A stretch of DNA of 64,000 nucleotides, from contig CAYXGW010000002.1 in assembly GCA_964464595.1 (NCBI GenBank), positions 753 through 64,752 of the forward strand. The letters are read 5' to 3'. The notes beneath the pieces were generated by a model. It searched no databases, was not told the origin of the DNA, and was given only the letters and a program-made list of their open reading frames with translations. A program made the translations under genes and the position numbers. This document shows positions 46,723 to 57,364 of this stretch, one piece after another; position 1 is the stretch's first letter; every line of letters starts with the position of its first letter. The DNA is from an uncultured Deferribacteres bacterium (GTDB taxonomy: Bacteria; Zhuqueibacterota; JdFR-76; DREG01).

Positions 46723-48024
46723 ATGAAAACTTATAGGCAAGGAATACGAAGAGCAGTTTTGGTTGATGGTTGCCGCATTCCTTTTCTACGTTCCAGCACT
46801 GAATATCAAGATCTAACATCATACGATCTTGCGAGGTATGCAATGAAGGGTTTAATTGACATTACAGGAATCAATAAAAAAACTGTAGACCAGGTCATCA
46901 TGGGAACTGTTATTTCGAATATTCAAACCAGCAATGTAGCTAGAGAAGCCGCATTAGCTGTTGGTTTACCTCATAATATTCCCGCCTTCACAGTAACCTT
47001 GGCATGTATATCCTCAAACCAAGCAATAACCAGTGGTGTAGACTTAATTCAAACAAATCAAGCGGATGTTGTAATTGCTGGTGGCACTGAATGTATGTCT
47101 GACATACCCATTCGTTTCAGAAAGAAATTCAGAAAAAAGTTGATAGAAACCCAGAAATACAAAAAGACAACAGATTACTTAAAATTTATTAAAGGACTTG
47201 GTTTTAGCGATTTATTGCCAGAAATTCCATCCATTTCGGAATATTCCACCGGCCGGACAATGGGAATGGACTGTGACCGTCTAGCAGCTAGATTGGGTAT
47301 TTCGAGGGAAGAACAGGATGAATATGCACTTCGGTCACATTTGGGTGCTGCAAATGCAATTGAAAACGGACTATTCAATGAAGAGATCCAACCGGTTATG
47401 GCACCACCTCAATTCATACCAATTCTTAAAGACAATGGCCCTCGGGCAGATTCAACCATTGAAAAATTGCAGAAATTGAAACCGGCTTTTATGAAACCTC
47501 ATGGCACTTTAACTGCGGCGAATTCCTCTTTTTTAACCGACGGTGCAAGCGCTGTGCTCTTAATGGGCGAGGACACAGCAATTAGCTTAGGGTTTAAACC
47601 TAAAGCCGCAATTAATGCGTATACTTATACAGCTCAAGATCCAAAGGAAGAATTATTATTAGGACCGGCTTATGCAACCCCTAAACTTCTAGATATGATA
47701 GGATTAACCATTAAGGATATTGACGTATTCGAGTTTCACGAAGCTTTTGCAGCACAAATTCTTGCTAATTTAAAATGTCTTGATTCCACTCAATTTGCTA
47801 AAGACAAATTAGGCAAAAGCAAAAAAATTGGCCTAATACCAATGGAAAAATTCAATACACTGGGTGGGTCACTTTCCCTGGGGCACCCTTTTGGAGCCAC
47901 TGGCGCAAGGCTGGCAACAACTGCAGCAAATCGACTTATTCGTGAAGACGGTCAACTTGGGTTAATCGCTTCTTGTGCTTCCGGTGCAATTGGTAATGCA
48001 ATTTTATTGGAACGATTAAACTAA
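46723..48024 (+). CDS. fadI: Acetyl-CoA C-acyltransferase (3-ketoacyl-CoA thiolase, FadI-like)
   Basis: It has the thiolase fold with an active-site Cys region (ACISSNQAI) and C-terminal GAIGNAILLERL. Confidence 0.75.
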   Translation: MKTYRQGIRRAVLVDGCRIPFLRSSTEYQDLTSYDLARYAMKGLIDITGINKKTVDQVIMGTVISNIQTSNVAREAALAVGLPHNIPAFTVTLACISSNQAITSGVDLIQTNQADVVIAGGTECMSDIPIRFRKKFRKKLIETQKYKKTTDYLKFIKGLGFSDLLPEIPSISEYSTGRTMGMDCDRLAARLGISREEQDEYALRSHLGAANAIENGLFNEEIQPVMAPPQFIPILKDNGPRADSTIEKLQKLKPAFMKPHGTLTAANSSFLTDGASAVLLMGEDTAISLGFKPKAAINAYTYTAQDPKEELLLGPAYATPKLLDMIGLTIKDIDVFEFHEAFAAQILANLKCLDSTQFAKDKLGKSKKIGLIPMEKFNTLGGSLSLGHPFGATGARLATTAANRLIREDGQLGLIASCASGAIGNAILLERLN

Positions 48025-48066
48025 GCTATTATAATACACATGGCATGAGTTCTTGAGGAATTATTA

Positions 48067-50202
48067 ATGTCGTTCACTCATATAAACAAAGAGGACAATG
48101 TTGCCTTTGTTTGGTTAGATCATCCGCATGATAAAATCAATAAAATATCATTCGATTTGATCATTGAATTTGAAACCTTGTTAAATACTTTGGAAAATGA
48201 TGGTGATGTAAAGTCTATTGTTTTGATTAGTAGAAAACCGGACAATTTTATTGCTGGTGCGGATATCGATGCTTTCACAACAATTACCGATGCAACCCAA
48301 GCTGAAGAAGCCAGTCGTAATGGGAATCAACTTTTAAGCCGATTGGCAGATTTCCCAAAACCGGTCGTTGCGGCAATACATGGAGCAGCTCTTGGTGGTG
48401 GATTAGAAATTGCACTAGCTTGTCATTACCGAATTGCAAGCGATGACCCTAAAACCATTTTTGGGCTACCTGAAGTTAAGCTTGGGCTTCTACCAGGTGG
48501 TGGAGGTACACAACGATTACCGCGTTTAGTTGGAATTCAAAAAGCTTTGAACATTATGCTTACGGGAAAAAACGTTTACCCCCGTCAGGCAAAAAGAATG
48601 GGATTGATTGATGAACTCCATCACCCTTATGGATTAGATGTTGCCGCAAAAAAAGCTGCTCTTTCTCTAATTGGAAGAAAGCCTCGTAAAGCAAAAAAAT
48701 CGACCTTTATAAAACTGCTAGAAGGAACGCCATTTGGAAGAAACTTAATTTTTTCCAAGGCAAGGCAAACTGTTGCAAATAGTACTAAAGGAAACTATCC
48801 TGCCCCATTAAAAATTATTGATTGCGTTGAAATTGGTCTATCCAAAGGAATGCAAGAAGGGTTAAGTGCTGAATCTAAGAAATTCGGTGAGCTAATGGTT
48901 TCACCGGAATCAAAACAGTTGGTCAATCTTTTTTTCAGTATGAATGCTGTCAAAAAAAATCCGATTAAAGAAAAGGCTAAGTCGGTGGAAAAAGTTGGCA
49001 TTATTGGCGCCGGTTTAATGGGTTCGGGAATTGCAATGGTCAGCGCGAATGGCGGAATGGAGGTTGTACTCAAAGACATCAACTATGACTCTATAGGCAA
49101 AGGCACAAAAATAATCTGGAATGAATTAAACGGAAAAGTCCGTAAAAAAGCTTTGACCCATTTTGAAAGAGATCTAATTATGAGTCGAATTTCTGGATCG
49201 ATAAACCAAGACGCATTTAAAAATGCCAATTTGATCATTGAAGCAGTATTTGAAGATTTAAAATTAAAACAAACGATTTTGAAAGAAACTGAAGAAATTT
49301 CTGATGAAAATGTAATATTTGCCAGTAATACCTCCTCACTGCCCATTTCAGATATTGCAAAAAACGCGATAAATCCAGGACAAGTGATTGGTATGCACTA
49401 TTTTTCCCCGGTTCATAAAATGCCTTTGCTCGAAATTATTAAAACCAAACAAACAGCTGCTTGGGTGGTTGCAACAGCGGTAGAGACTGGAATCAAACAA
49501 GGAAAGACTGTGATTGTGGTCGGAGATGGCCCAGGTTTTTATACCACCCGGATATTAGCACCGATGTTAAATGAAGCAATGCTTCTATTAGAAGAAGGAG
49601 GGAATATTCAGCAGATTGATGATGCCATGAAGAAATTCGGATTTCCAGTTGGACCATTTACCTTAATGGATGAAATAGGGATTGATGTTTGTGCTCACGT
49701 TACGCAGGTATTGGCAAATCTCTTTGCAAAAAGAGGTGTTGAGGGTAGTAAGAAAATGAAAGATCTATTCAAAGCAGGATACAAGGGTAAGAAAAATAAA
49801 ACAGGATTTTACCGATATAGGGACAAATCAAAAGTTGACTTTCTCACTAGAAATAAGAGGAAAAGTGTAAATCCCACAGTTTATGCTTTCTTTGGTGGAG
49901 TAAACAGAAAATCTATTGATTATAAGGATATTCACCAAAGATTAACATGGGCAATGGTTAATGAAGCTGCTTATTGCTTACAGGAAGATATATTATATTC
50001 ACCTCGAGATGGCGATCTAGGCGCTATTTTTGGCCTTGGATTCCCTCCTTTCCTGGGAGGTCCTTTCAGATATTTGGACTCTTTAGAAAACAAAGAAGTT
50101 CTTTCTGTTATGGGAAGCCTGGAATCTAAATATGGCAAACGATTCGAAATCGCAAAGATTATCCAAGATTATTCGAAAAAAGGAAAGCTATTCTATAATT
50201 GA
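48067..50202 (+). CDS. fadJ: Fatty-acid oxidation complex alpha subunit (enoyl-CoA hydratase + 3-hydroxyacyl-CoA dehydrogenase)
   Basis: The N-terminal crotonase fold has AAIHGAALGGGLEIALAC. The C-terminal 3HCDH has the NAD-binding motif IGAGLMGSGIA. Confidence 0.85.
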   Translation: MSFTHINKEDNVAFVWLDHPHDKINKISFDLIIEFETLLNTLENDGDVKSIVLISRKPDNFIAGADIDAFTTITDATQAEEASRNGNQLLSRLADFPKPVVAAIHGAALGGGLEIALACHYRIASDDPKTIFGLPEVKLGLLPGGGGTQRLPRLVGIQKALNIMLTGKNVYPRQAKRMGLIDELHHPYGLDVAAKKAALSLIGRKPRKAKKSTFIKLLEGTPFGRNLIFSKARQTVANSTKGNYPAPLKIIDCVEIGLSKGMQEGLSAESKKFGELMVSPESKQLVNLFFSMNAVKKNPIKEKAKSVEKVGIIGAGLMGSGIAMVSANGGMEVVLKDINYDSIGKGTKIIWNELNGKVRKKALTHFERDLIMSRISGSINQDAFKNANLIIEAVFEDLKLKQTILKETEEISDENVIFASNTSSLPISDIAKNAINPGQVIGMHYFSPVHKMPLLEIIKTKQTAAWVVATAVETGIKQGKTVIVVGDGPGFYTTRILAPMLNEAMLLLEEGGNIQQIDDAMKKFGFPVGPFTLMDEIGIDVCAHVTQVLANLFAKRGVEGSKKMKDLFKAGYKGKKNKTGFYRYRDKSKVDFLTRNKRKSVNPTVYAFFGGVNRKSIDYKDIHQRLTWAMVNEAAYCLQEDILYSPRDGDLGAIFGLGFPPFLGGPFRYLDSLENKEVLSVMGSLESKYGKRFEIAKIIQDYSKKGKLFYN

Positions 50203-50270
50203 ATAATTATCACTGAATAATATCGTATCGTTAGGCATCCTTCAGTATTTATTTCGAAGGGAAAAACCTT

Positions 50271-51206
50271 TTAAAGCTGATTTTGTAAAGGGAGATTTTG
50301 GATATTTGATTTTACTTCGTCAGCAGAATTTTGGAGCGCAGTAATATCGTCATCAGACAAAGGAATTTCTAATATTTCTTCAATACCGCTAGCACCCAGT
50401 TTCACAGGAACACCTACGAATGTATCGGAAATTCCATATTGACCTGTCAACCAGGCTGCACAAGGCAATACTCTATGATTATTTTTAGCGATTGCCTCTA
50501 CCATTTCTGCTGCAGCAGAACCAGGAGCATAATACGCGCTACCACTTTTTAGTAGCGATACAATTTCTCCACCGCCTTTTCGGGTTCGTTCGATAATTTC
50601 ATTGATCCTATTTTCAGACAAGAAATGCTTTAAAGGAATTCCAGCTATAGTTGTATAATCAGGAAGTGGAACCATACTATCTCCATGCCCACCCAGCACC
50701 ATAGCTTGAATATCTCTTACTGATACATTTAATTCCATAGCAAGAAATGACCGGTATCGTGCAGTGTCTAGAATTCCAGCCATTCCCATTACCTTGTTGT
50801 AAGAAAATCCACTCACCTTATAAGCAACGTAAGTCATTACATCAAGTGGATTTGAAACGACTATTATAATGGAATTGGGGGATTTTTCAACTACACTTTT
50901 TGTTACAGATTTTACAATATTTGTATTCGTATTTATCAAATCATCGCGGCTCATCCCTGGCTTTCTAGGAATACCGGCAGTAATTACAACAACATCGGAA
51001 TTCGTTGTTTCCTCATAACCATTTGTACCCACGATACGTGTGTCAAACACCTCAATCGGAGCCGATTCCCACATATCAAGACCTTTTCCTTGAGGGATAC
51101 CTTCCAAAATATCAACTAAAACGACTTCCTCAGCGATATGTTTATCAGCGACTCTTTGGGTAACAGTAGCACCAACATGCCCTGCACCAATAACTGTAAC
51201 TTTCAT
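50271..51206 (-). CDS. mdh: Malate dehydrogenase (LDH-like type)
   Basis: [10 protein letters not shown] (NAD-binding), [16 protein letters not shown] and GGHGD motifs. Confidence 0.9.
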   Translation of the reverse strand: MKVTVIGAGHVGATVTQRVADKHIAEEVVLVDILEGIPQGKGLDMWESAPIEVFDTRIVGTNGYEETTNSDVVVITAGIPRKPGMSRDDLINTNTNIVKSVTKSVVEKSPNSIIIVVSNPLDVMTYVAYKVSGFSYNKVMGMAGILDTARYRSFLAMELNVSVRDIQAMVLGGHGDSMVPLPDYTTIAGIPLKHFLSENRINEIIERTRKGGGEIVSLLKSGSAYYAPGSAAAEMVEAIAKNNHRVLPCAAWLTGQYGISDTFVGVPVKLGASGIEEILEIPLSDDDITALQNSADEVKSNIQNLPLQNQL

Positions 51207-51246
51207 TGTTATAACTCCGATAGGGAAATAAAATGAGAGGATTTCT

Positions 51247-51501
51247 TTAAGCTGTTATAACACTTACAATTTTTTTATAACGTCCTATCTGTCTAAACTC
51301 TACCACACCGTCTTCTTTGGCGAAGAGAGTATCATCATTCCCCTTTCCTACATTTAACCCCGGGTGAATTCTTGTTCCCCGTTGCCGAATAATAATTCCT
51401 CCAGCTGTTATTTTTTGACCGCCGTATACCTTTACTCCTAACCGCTTAGATTCACTATCCCGGCCGTTTCTTGTACTGCCGCCACCTTTTTTATGAGCCA
51501 T
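51247..51501 (-). CDS. rpmA: 50S ribosomal protein L27 (start at [10 protein letters not shown])
   Basis: The N-terminus [16 protein letters not shown] is canonical for L27. The track ORF extends upstream to an in-frame TTG. Confidence 0.9.
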   Translation of the reverse strand: MAHKKGGGSTRNGRDSESKRLGVKVYGGQKITAGGIIIRQRGTRIHPGLNVGKGNDDTLFAKEDGVVEFRQIGRYKKIVSVITA

Positions 51502-51832
51502 CTTTTGCTCCCTTCGATACAACTGCTGTAATTTTGTCTATTTGTATTTTTGTGAAATGTTGTCTATGACCCCTCGTGACCTTATAGCCTTTCCGTCGTT
51601 TTTTCTTAAAAACGATAATTTTCTTCTCACGGTCGTGGCCTAAAATACTCGCTTTCACTTTTGCACCGCTTACAACTGGTTGTCCAATCTCTATCCCCTT
51701 GTCAGAAGAGACAAGTAATATCCGGTCAAATTCGACTTTCTTACCCTCATCCTCATCTAACAACGGCACTGAAACAACATCATTCTCAGAAATTTTAAAT
51801 TGTTTTCCTGATATTTCTACTATTGCATACAT
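51491..51832 (-). CDS. rplU: 50S ribosomal protein L21
   Basis: It has [16 protein letters not shown]...[24 protein letters not shown]. Confidence 0.9.
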   Translation of the reverse strand: MYAIVEISGKQFKISENDVVSVPLLDEDEGKKVEFDRILLVSSDKGIEIGQPVVSGAKVKASILGHDREKKIIVFKKKRRKGYKVTRGHRQHFTKIQIDKITAVVSKGAKDGS

Positions 51833-51920
51833 TAAGAAGATATCTCCTCTTCAATCGTCTTTTAATTAACATTATAGAATAAAATTCAACTGCTGAATAT
51901 ACAAATCACCTCCACTTATA

Positions 51921-53456
51921 TCAAGTTTTTATACCGTTTGTTAACTCCTCACCAGTTTTTTTTGAAAGGATTTTAAAATCGCTGTAAACCAATTCCAAAT
52001 CTGACTTCAACTGAATTCTAACAAAATATTTCACCATAATTTTTCGTAATCGATTCCACATACCATTATTTAAATAATTTTCAAGGATAGGGTGAACAAC
52101 CAGTTTAATACTTCTCTCCTTTGTTCTACTTCGTAAACGTCTAATAGCATGCTCAATTTTTGTTGTGATTGTCGGAATTGAAGGGACCTGCCCTATTCCG
52201 TTACATGTTGAACAAGTTTCGGAAAAGGAATTAATTAAACTCGGCCTCACCCGTTCCCGGGTCATTTCGACTAAACCGAAATTAGATAAATCTGAGATGC
52301 TTGTTTTGGCCCGATCCTTTTTCAACTCTCTACGAAAAAGAGTGACAAGTTTTTTCTTTCTTTGAGTATCAATCATGTCAATAAAATCAACAATGATTAA
52401 ACCGCCAAGGTCTCGCAATCGAAGCTGTCTGGCAATTTCTTGCGCTGCTTCAGAATTAATTTTATAGGATGTTTCGTCATGTTCTTTGTGGCTTACATGT
52501 CTGCCACTATTAACATCTATTGCAACTAGTGCTTCAGCTTGATCAAAAACGATGTGGCCTCCGCTTTTCAGCCATACCTTTCGAGAAAGACCTTTTTCCA
52601 CTTCTTTTTCAATATTGTATTCATCAAAAATCGGATTCATACCTTTATAATGTTCTACCTTCTTGGCAAGCTCGGGCGATACCTCTCGCAAGTATTTACT
52701 TATCTCACGAAATAATCTACGCGAATCGACTACAACTTGTGATATGTCCGATGTAAAAAGATCGCGGATAATTGAAGAAACCATCCCCATATCTTTATAT
52801 AGAATAACAGGGCCATTCTCCCTTATCGCCTGATGCTCGATTTTGGACCAATTTCGTAATAGATTTTCTAAATCAGATTTCAGATCTTTTTGGGCTTTTC
52901 CCTCAGCGACTGTTCGAACGATTAGGCCAAATCCATTTGGGCGAAAGCTATAAACAAGTTTTTTTAATCGACTCTTTTCCTTCACATTGGTAATTTTCTT
53001 AGAAATACCAACATGCTTTGAATGTGGCACTAAAACAAGAAAGCGACCCGGCAAAGTAACCTCTGAAGTTACTCTTGCTCCTTTTGTTCCGAGTGGTTCT
53101 TTTGTAATTTGAACAAGGATATTTTGATCAGTTATGAGGGGAACTTCACTTCTCTTCTTTTCTTCCTTATTAAATTTCCTGGGTTTATCGTTTTTGCCAC
53201 TTTCACCAATAGGACCGTAACTTTCAAAAAATTCACCGATATCCGAAAACCTCAAAAATGCGTTTTGCTGTAAACCAATATCGACAAACGCAGCGCCCAT
53301 ACCTTTTATAACATTTTCAACAATGCCCTTATAAATACTACCAACCATTCTTTCTTGCTCTGGTAGTTCAACATATAATTCAGCCAGCCTACTTCTTTCC
53401 AGAATTGCTATTCTAGCTCCGGAGACAGACGAATTGATAATAATTTCTTTACTCAT
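51921..53456 (-). CDS. rng: Ribonuclease G/E-family endoribonuclease
   Basis: It has an S1 domain and the RNase E/G catalytic core (VDFIDM, DQAEALVAIDVNSG). Confidence 0.8.
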   Translation of the reverse strand: MSKEIIINSSVSGARIAILERSRLAELYVELPEQERMVGSIYKGIVENVIKGMGAAFVDIGLQQNAFLRFSDIGEFFESYGPIGESGKNDKPRKFNKEEKKRSEVPLITDQNILVQITKEPLGTKGARVTSEVTLPGRFLVLVPHSKHVGISKKITNVKEKSRLKKLVYSFRPNGFGLIVRTVAEGKAQKDLKSDLENLLRNWSKIEHQAIRENGPVILYKDMGMVSSIIRDLFTSDISQVVVDSRRLFREISKYLREVSPELAKKVEHYKGMNPIFDEYNIEKEVEKGLSRKVWLKSGGHIVFDQAEALVAIDVNSGRHVSHKEHDETSYKINSEAAQEIARQLRLRDLGGLIIVDFIDMIDTQRKKKLVTLFRRELKKDRAKTSISDLSNFGLVEMTRERVRPSLINSFSETCSTCNGIGQVPSIPTITTKIEHAIRRLRSRTKERSIKLVVHPILENYLNNGMWNRLRKIMVKYFVRIQLKSDLELVYSDFKILSKKTGEELTNGIKT

Positions 53457-54121
53457 ATAGTAGATATAATTATTTAATTTTAATTTTTAGTTTCGAAGTT
53501 TAGTAGTCATTTTATTAACTATGGAGAGAATATAGGACTATTGAAAAAATAATCTCACATTAAGATATTGAACAAATACGCATAACATCCACCTTTAGTG
53601 CAAAATTAAACAATGACTAGATATGAATTTCCAAATCTATATATTATTTTCTTTGGGTGATATCGGAGGGATATACTAGATTAAAGTCAAGCAATTTATA
53701 GTGGATATTCAAACACACTATCCATCCAAGATTAATCAAACAATAAAATATTTACCCGCCTAATTAAAAAAAATCAATAAAACCTAGCTTAATCTTTTGA
53801 CCCTAGATTCACTAACCACAGTTAAATTTCCAAAGAACAAATTAAGAGAATGGAGATTTCTAAATATTTTTATTCTAACTAAGGTATTTAATTTAATAGA
53901 ATATTGAATATTATTCAATCTAATCTTTTAAGCAGTTTATCTCAATTTAATTAGTTGCATTATATCTTATCATTAGAATGCACAATAGTTTTTGACCGAT
54001 ATTTGAACATTTCAAACAAAATTAATCTAAATTATCTCCCAGGTATTTTTCATTGGGATATATGTCCAAATAGCAATTCCAAAATTGCTGCAATATTCAG
54101 CTGAGATATAACAAATAAACC

Positions 54122-54997
54122 TTAAAAATGGAAAGGGACGGGAGTAAAAGTAAGTATAAATATTAGGAGCATAAAAAACCCAAGCATTCTTCGATTTGAA
54201 TCCAAAAGTGTAATGTCATCCCAGGTTGGAGGATGCCTATAAAATAAAAAGGCCAATAGAATTAACATAGGTATCCAGCCGTAAAAAAAAAATGAACAAA
54301 TGGCAAAAAATACAAACGCGACTGCGAAAACGTACCTACTCTTTTTACCAAACATTGCATACGCAATATGCCCGCCATCGAGCTGTCCAATCGGCAACAG
54401 GTTTAGTGCGGTTACAAAAAGTCCAACCCAGCCGGCATATGCCATTGGGTGAAGAAAGACATCCATTCCTTCGGGTAATGGTCCAAAAATATAATGTCGA
54501 ATAAACTGAAAAATAATAGGCTCTCCCATACTCCATGAGCCCTGTAATGTGCTAATTTCCTTTACTTCAGAAAGTTGCAAGCCGTATAGTATTGCCGGAA
54601 ATGCAATCACTAGGCCGGCTAAAGGTCCAGCAACAGCCACATCAAATAAAGCTTTCCTATTTGGAATCCTCTGTTGCATAGCAATCACGGCTCCAAATGT
54701 ACCAAATAGACTTTTAGGAAAAGGAATAAAATAGGGCAAAGTGGCAGCGATATTATGTCTTCGACACATTAAATAATGACCCATTTCATGAGCCAATAAA
54801 ATACTCATAATTGTAACAGAATAAACCATACCCCCTACGCTATAAGTTGATCCGATAGTCAAGATAAATAAAATAATTTGGAGATTGTTATTTTTTCGTT
54901 GGAATATTCTTTGAAGAAAAGTCGGACGATTTCTATTGTGTGCCCCATAATTATCATAATTTGTATCACCCGAAGGATTGTTTATACTATCATCCAT
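54122..54997 (-). CDS. Site-2 protease family (peptidase M50) integral membrane metalloprotease
   Basis: It has the HEMGHYL zinc motif inside a TM helix, multiple TM segments, and LDGGH. Confidence 0.7.
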   Translation of the reverse strand: MDDSINNPSGDTNYDNYGAHNRNRPTFLQRIFQRKNNNLQIILFILTIGSTYSVGGMVYSVTIMSILLAHEMGHYLMCRRHNIAATLPYFIPFPKSLFGTFGAVIAMQQRIPNRKALFDVAVAGPLAGLVIAFPAILYGLQLSEVKEISTLQGSWSMGEPIIFQFIRHYIFGPLPEGMDVFLHPMAYAGWVGLFVTALNLLPIGQLDGGHIAYAMFGKKSRYVFAVAFVFFAICSFFFYGWIPMLILLAFLFYRHPPTWDDITLLDSNRRMLGFFMLLIFILTFTPVPFHF

Positions 54998-55802
54998 TTA
55001 ACCTCACGATTTCAACCCGATCTCCTTTTGTCAACCCTAACTTTTCCGCAGCATTTTGGCCATTCATTGCAAATGACAAAAACTTACTGCTGTCTACATA
55101 GGCAATAAGTTCTCCACTATGACCTAAATAAAACGAGCCGGATATTTTACCTATTTCATTACCGGCAAAGCGAATATGAAAACTGGTTTCTTTACTTATT
55201 AAATCCAATATCAGATTCTGAGATATATTACTTACCAGGTTGCCATAATGATCAATATAAACAATTTCACCTCTGATAGTTGTATCCTCCATAACTGGCC
55301 TGGGAGGTAGATCCATTATGAAATCACGAAATGGCTCTCCCAATTTTAGAGGATCAAGTCCATTTACAAGATGTGCCGCGACAGGTGCAAATAGATCTCT
55401 GCCATAGAATGTACTGCTTTGTGCTGGTAAGAAATAATTTCTATTACTTACTTCAATCACTCGTTTGAATTCTTCACGAAAATGAACATATTGCAATATA
55501 GAATTATCTGGTGCCAAAAATCGATATTTATCTGTTTCAGCATAGATTATTTTTCTTTCACTTCCTACAGTTGTGTCGATGATCACGACGTGCAATGTAT
55601 TCTCAGGAAAGTAGTGATAAGATTGTCCCAAAACAAAAGCTGCACTATGTATATCATACGGGTTAATTTCATGGCTGATATCAACGAAATTTATACCTTC
55701 ACAAATATTTAACATCACGGCTTTCATAATTCCGACAAATCCATCCCGGTTGCTAAAATCCGTAATTAATGTAATAATTCGGTTTTGATTATTAGTATTC
55801 AT
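54990..55802 (-). CDS. SAM hydroxide adenosyltransferase (DUF62; fluorinase/chlorinase-like SAM hydrolase)
   Basis: The N-terminal ITLITDFSNRDGFVGIMKAV motif is diagnostic of DUF62. Confidence 0.7.
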   Translation of the reverse strand: MNTNNQNRIITLITDFSNRDGFVGIMKAVMLNICEGINFVDISHEINPYDIHSAAFVLGQSYHYFPENTLHVVIIDTTVGSERKIIYAETDKYRFLAPDNSILQYVHFREEFKRVIEVSNRNYFLPAQSSTFYGRDLFAPVAAHLVNGLDPLKLGEPFRDFIMDLPPRPVMEDTTIRGEIVYIDHYGNLVSNISQNLILDLISKETSFHIRFAGNEIGKISGSFYLGHSGELIAYVDSSKFLSFAMNGQNAAEKLGLTKGDRVEIVRLNG

Positions 55803-55978
55803 TGATTCAAGGGATTATGAATTTTGGTACATCTCTATAATTGGAGATTTACAAGTTCTAATTATAAATCTGGTTTCAATTGTGGAAAATATAAATTCAA
55901 ACTTGGAGAATTTCAAGCCGAATTAAAAGAAGATTAGCTTGTTATTTTTTGATTTACTCTCAAATAGCTAGTATTGGC

Positions 55979-57355
55979 CTAACTTGGTATTTCAATACCC
56001 ATCTCACGGAAATCACGTATCTTATTTCGCAAAGTACGGACTGATATCCCTAATTCTCCTGCTGTTTTTGTACGATTCCCACCATTTTCTCCAAGAACGT
56101 GCAATATCATTGTTTTCTCAATTTCGCCAAGATTTTTTACATTTCCGTTCAAATTATTATTGTTTTGTGCGGTTTTGTAATCATAAGGCACTAAAAAATG
56201 ATCTGGTTCAATTGTATCGCCTTTGCAAATAACAACCGCCCTTTCGATCGCGTTTTCAAGTTCACGGACATTTCCTGGCCAATCGTAATTCATTAGCATT
56301 TTTATTGCTTCATCTGAAATGTTATCAACTTTCCTAGCGTTTTCTTCTGTATATCTTTTTCTAAAATGCTCTGCTAAAAGTAGAACATCTTCCTTTCTTT
56401 CTTTTAGAGCTGGCAACTTAATCGGAACAACGTTAAGGCGATAAAATAGATCCTCTCTAAATTCACCTTTATCTATTAATTCCTTCAAGTCACAATTTGT
56501 TGTAGCAATAACACGGACATCTACTTCCATCGTTTCAGTGCCACCAACCTTCTCAAACTCTTTTTCCTGCAAAACCCTTAACAATTTAGCCTGTAAATTA
56601 AGATTCATTTCACTAATCTCATCGAGTAGTAAAGTACCTCCATCCGCAAGTTCAAACCTGCCTTTTGTCCGTTTAATTGCACCAGTAAAAGCACCTTTTT
56701 CATGGCCAAAGAGCTCACTTTCCACCAAGCCATCAGGAATTGCAGCACAATTTGTTTTTATAAAGGAATTTTTCCTTCTTGGGCTATTAAAATGAATTGC
56801 TTTCGCAACTAATTCTTTTCCAGTACCACTTGGACCTTGAATTAATATTGTGGCTTTGGAATCGGCAACCATTTGTATTACATCAAATACTTCCTTGATT
56901 TTTAGGCTCTTGCCAATTATGTTGTCAAATCCTTCTAATTTTCCAAGCTGAGATTTTAAGAATTTATTTTCTGATTTTAGTTCATGGTAATCAAAATATT
57001 TTTCGATAACCATTTCTATCTCATCAGCTGAGAATGGTTTTGTCAGGTAGTCAAAAGCTCCAACTTTCATTGCTTCCACTGCATTCTCAACTGTTCCATA
57101 AGCTGTAATTACAATAACGCCTGTATCAGGATAGTTCTTTTTTACTTTATTTAAAACAACTAATCCATTGTCGTCTGGCAGTCTTAGGTCGGTAATTACG
57201 AGGTCATAATTGTTTTCATCCAGTTTGTTTTTAGCAGATTGAACATCCTCAGCACTATCAAACTCAATATGCTTGCGTCTTAATATTTCCAATAAAAATT
57301 CATGCAACAGATGATCGTCGTCTACAACTAATATTTTCTTCACTTTTAACACCAC
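55979..57355 (-). CDS. Sigma-54-dependent response regulator (NtrC family: REC + AAA+ + HTH)
   Basis: It has a REC domain (ILVVDDD...VITDLRLPDDNG), the Walker A motif GPSGTGKE, the GAFTGA motif, and a C-terminal Fis-type HTH. Confidence 0.9.
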   Translation of the reverse strand: MVLKVKKILVVDDDHLLHEFLLEILRRKHIEFDSAEDVQSAKNKLDENNYDLVITDLRLPDDNGLVVLNKVKKNYPDTGVIVITAYGTVENAVEAMKVGAFDYLTKPFSADEIEMVIEKYFDYHELKSENKFLKSQLGKLEGFDNIIGKSLKIKEVFDVIQMVADSKATILIQGPSGTGKELVAKAIHFNSPRRKNSFIKTNCAAIPDGLVESELFGHEKGAFTGAIKRTKGRFELADGGTLLLDEISEMNLNLQAKLLRVLQEKEFEKVGGTETMEVDVRVIATTNCDLKELIDKGEFREDLFYRLNVVPIKLPALKERKEDVLLLAEHFRKRYTEENARKVDNISDEAIKMLMNYDWPGNVRELENAIERAVVICKGDTIEPDHFLVPYDYKTAQNNNNLNGNVKNLGEIEKTMILHVLGENGGNRTKTAGELGISVRTLRNKIRDFREMGIEIPS

Positions 57356-57364
57356 ACCACTCCA

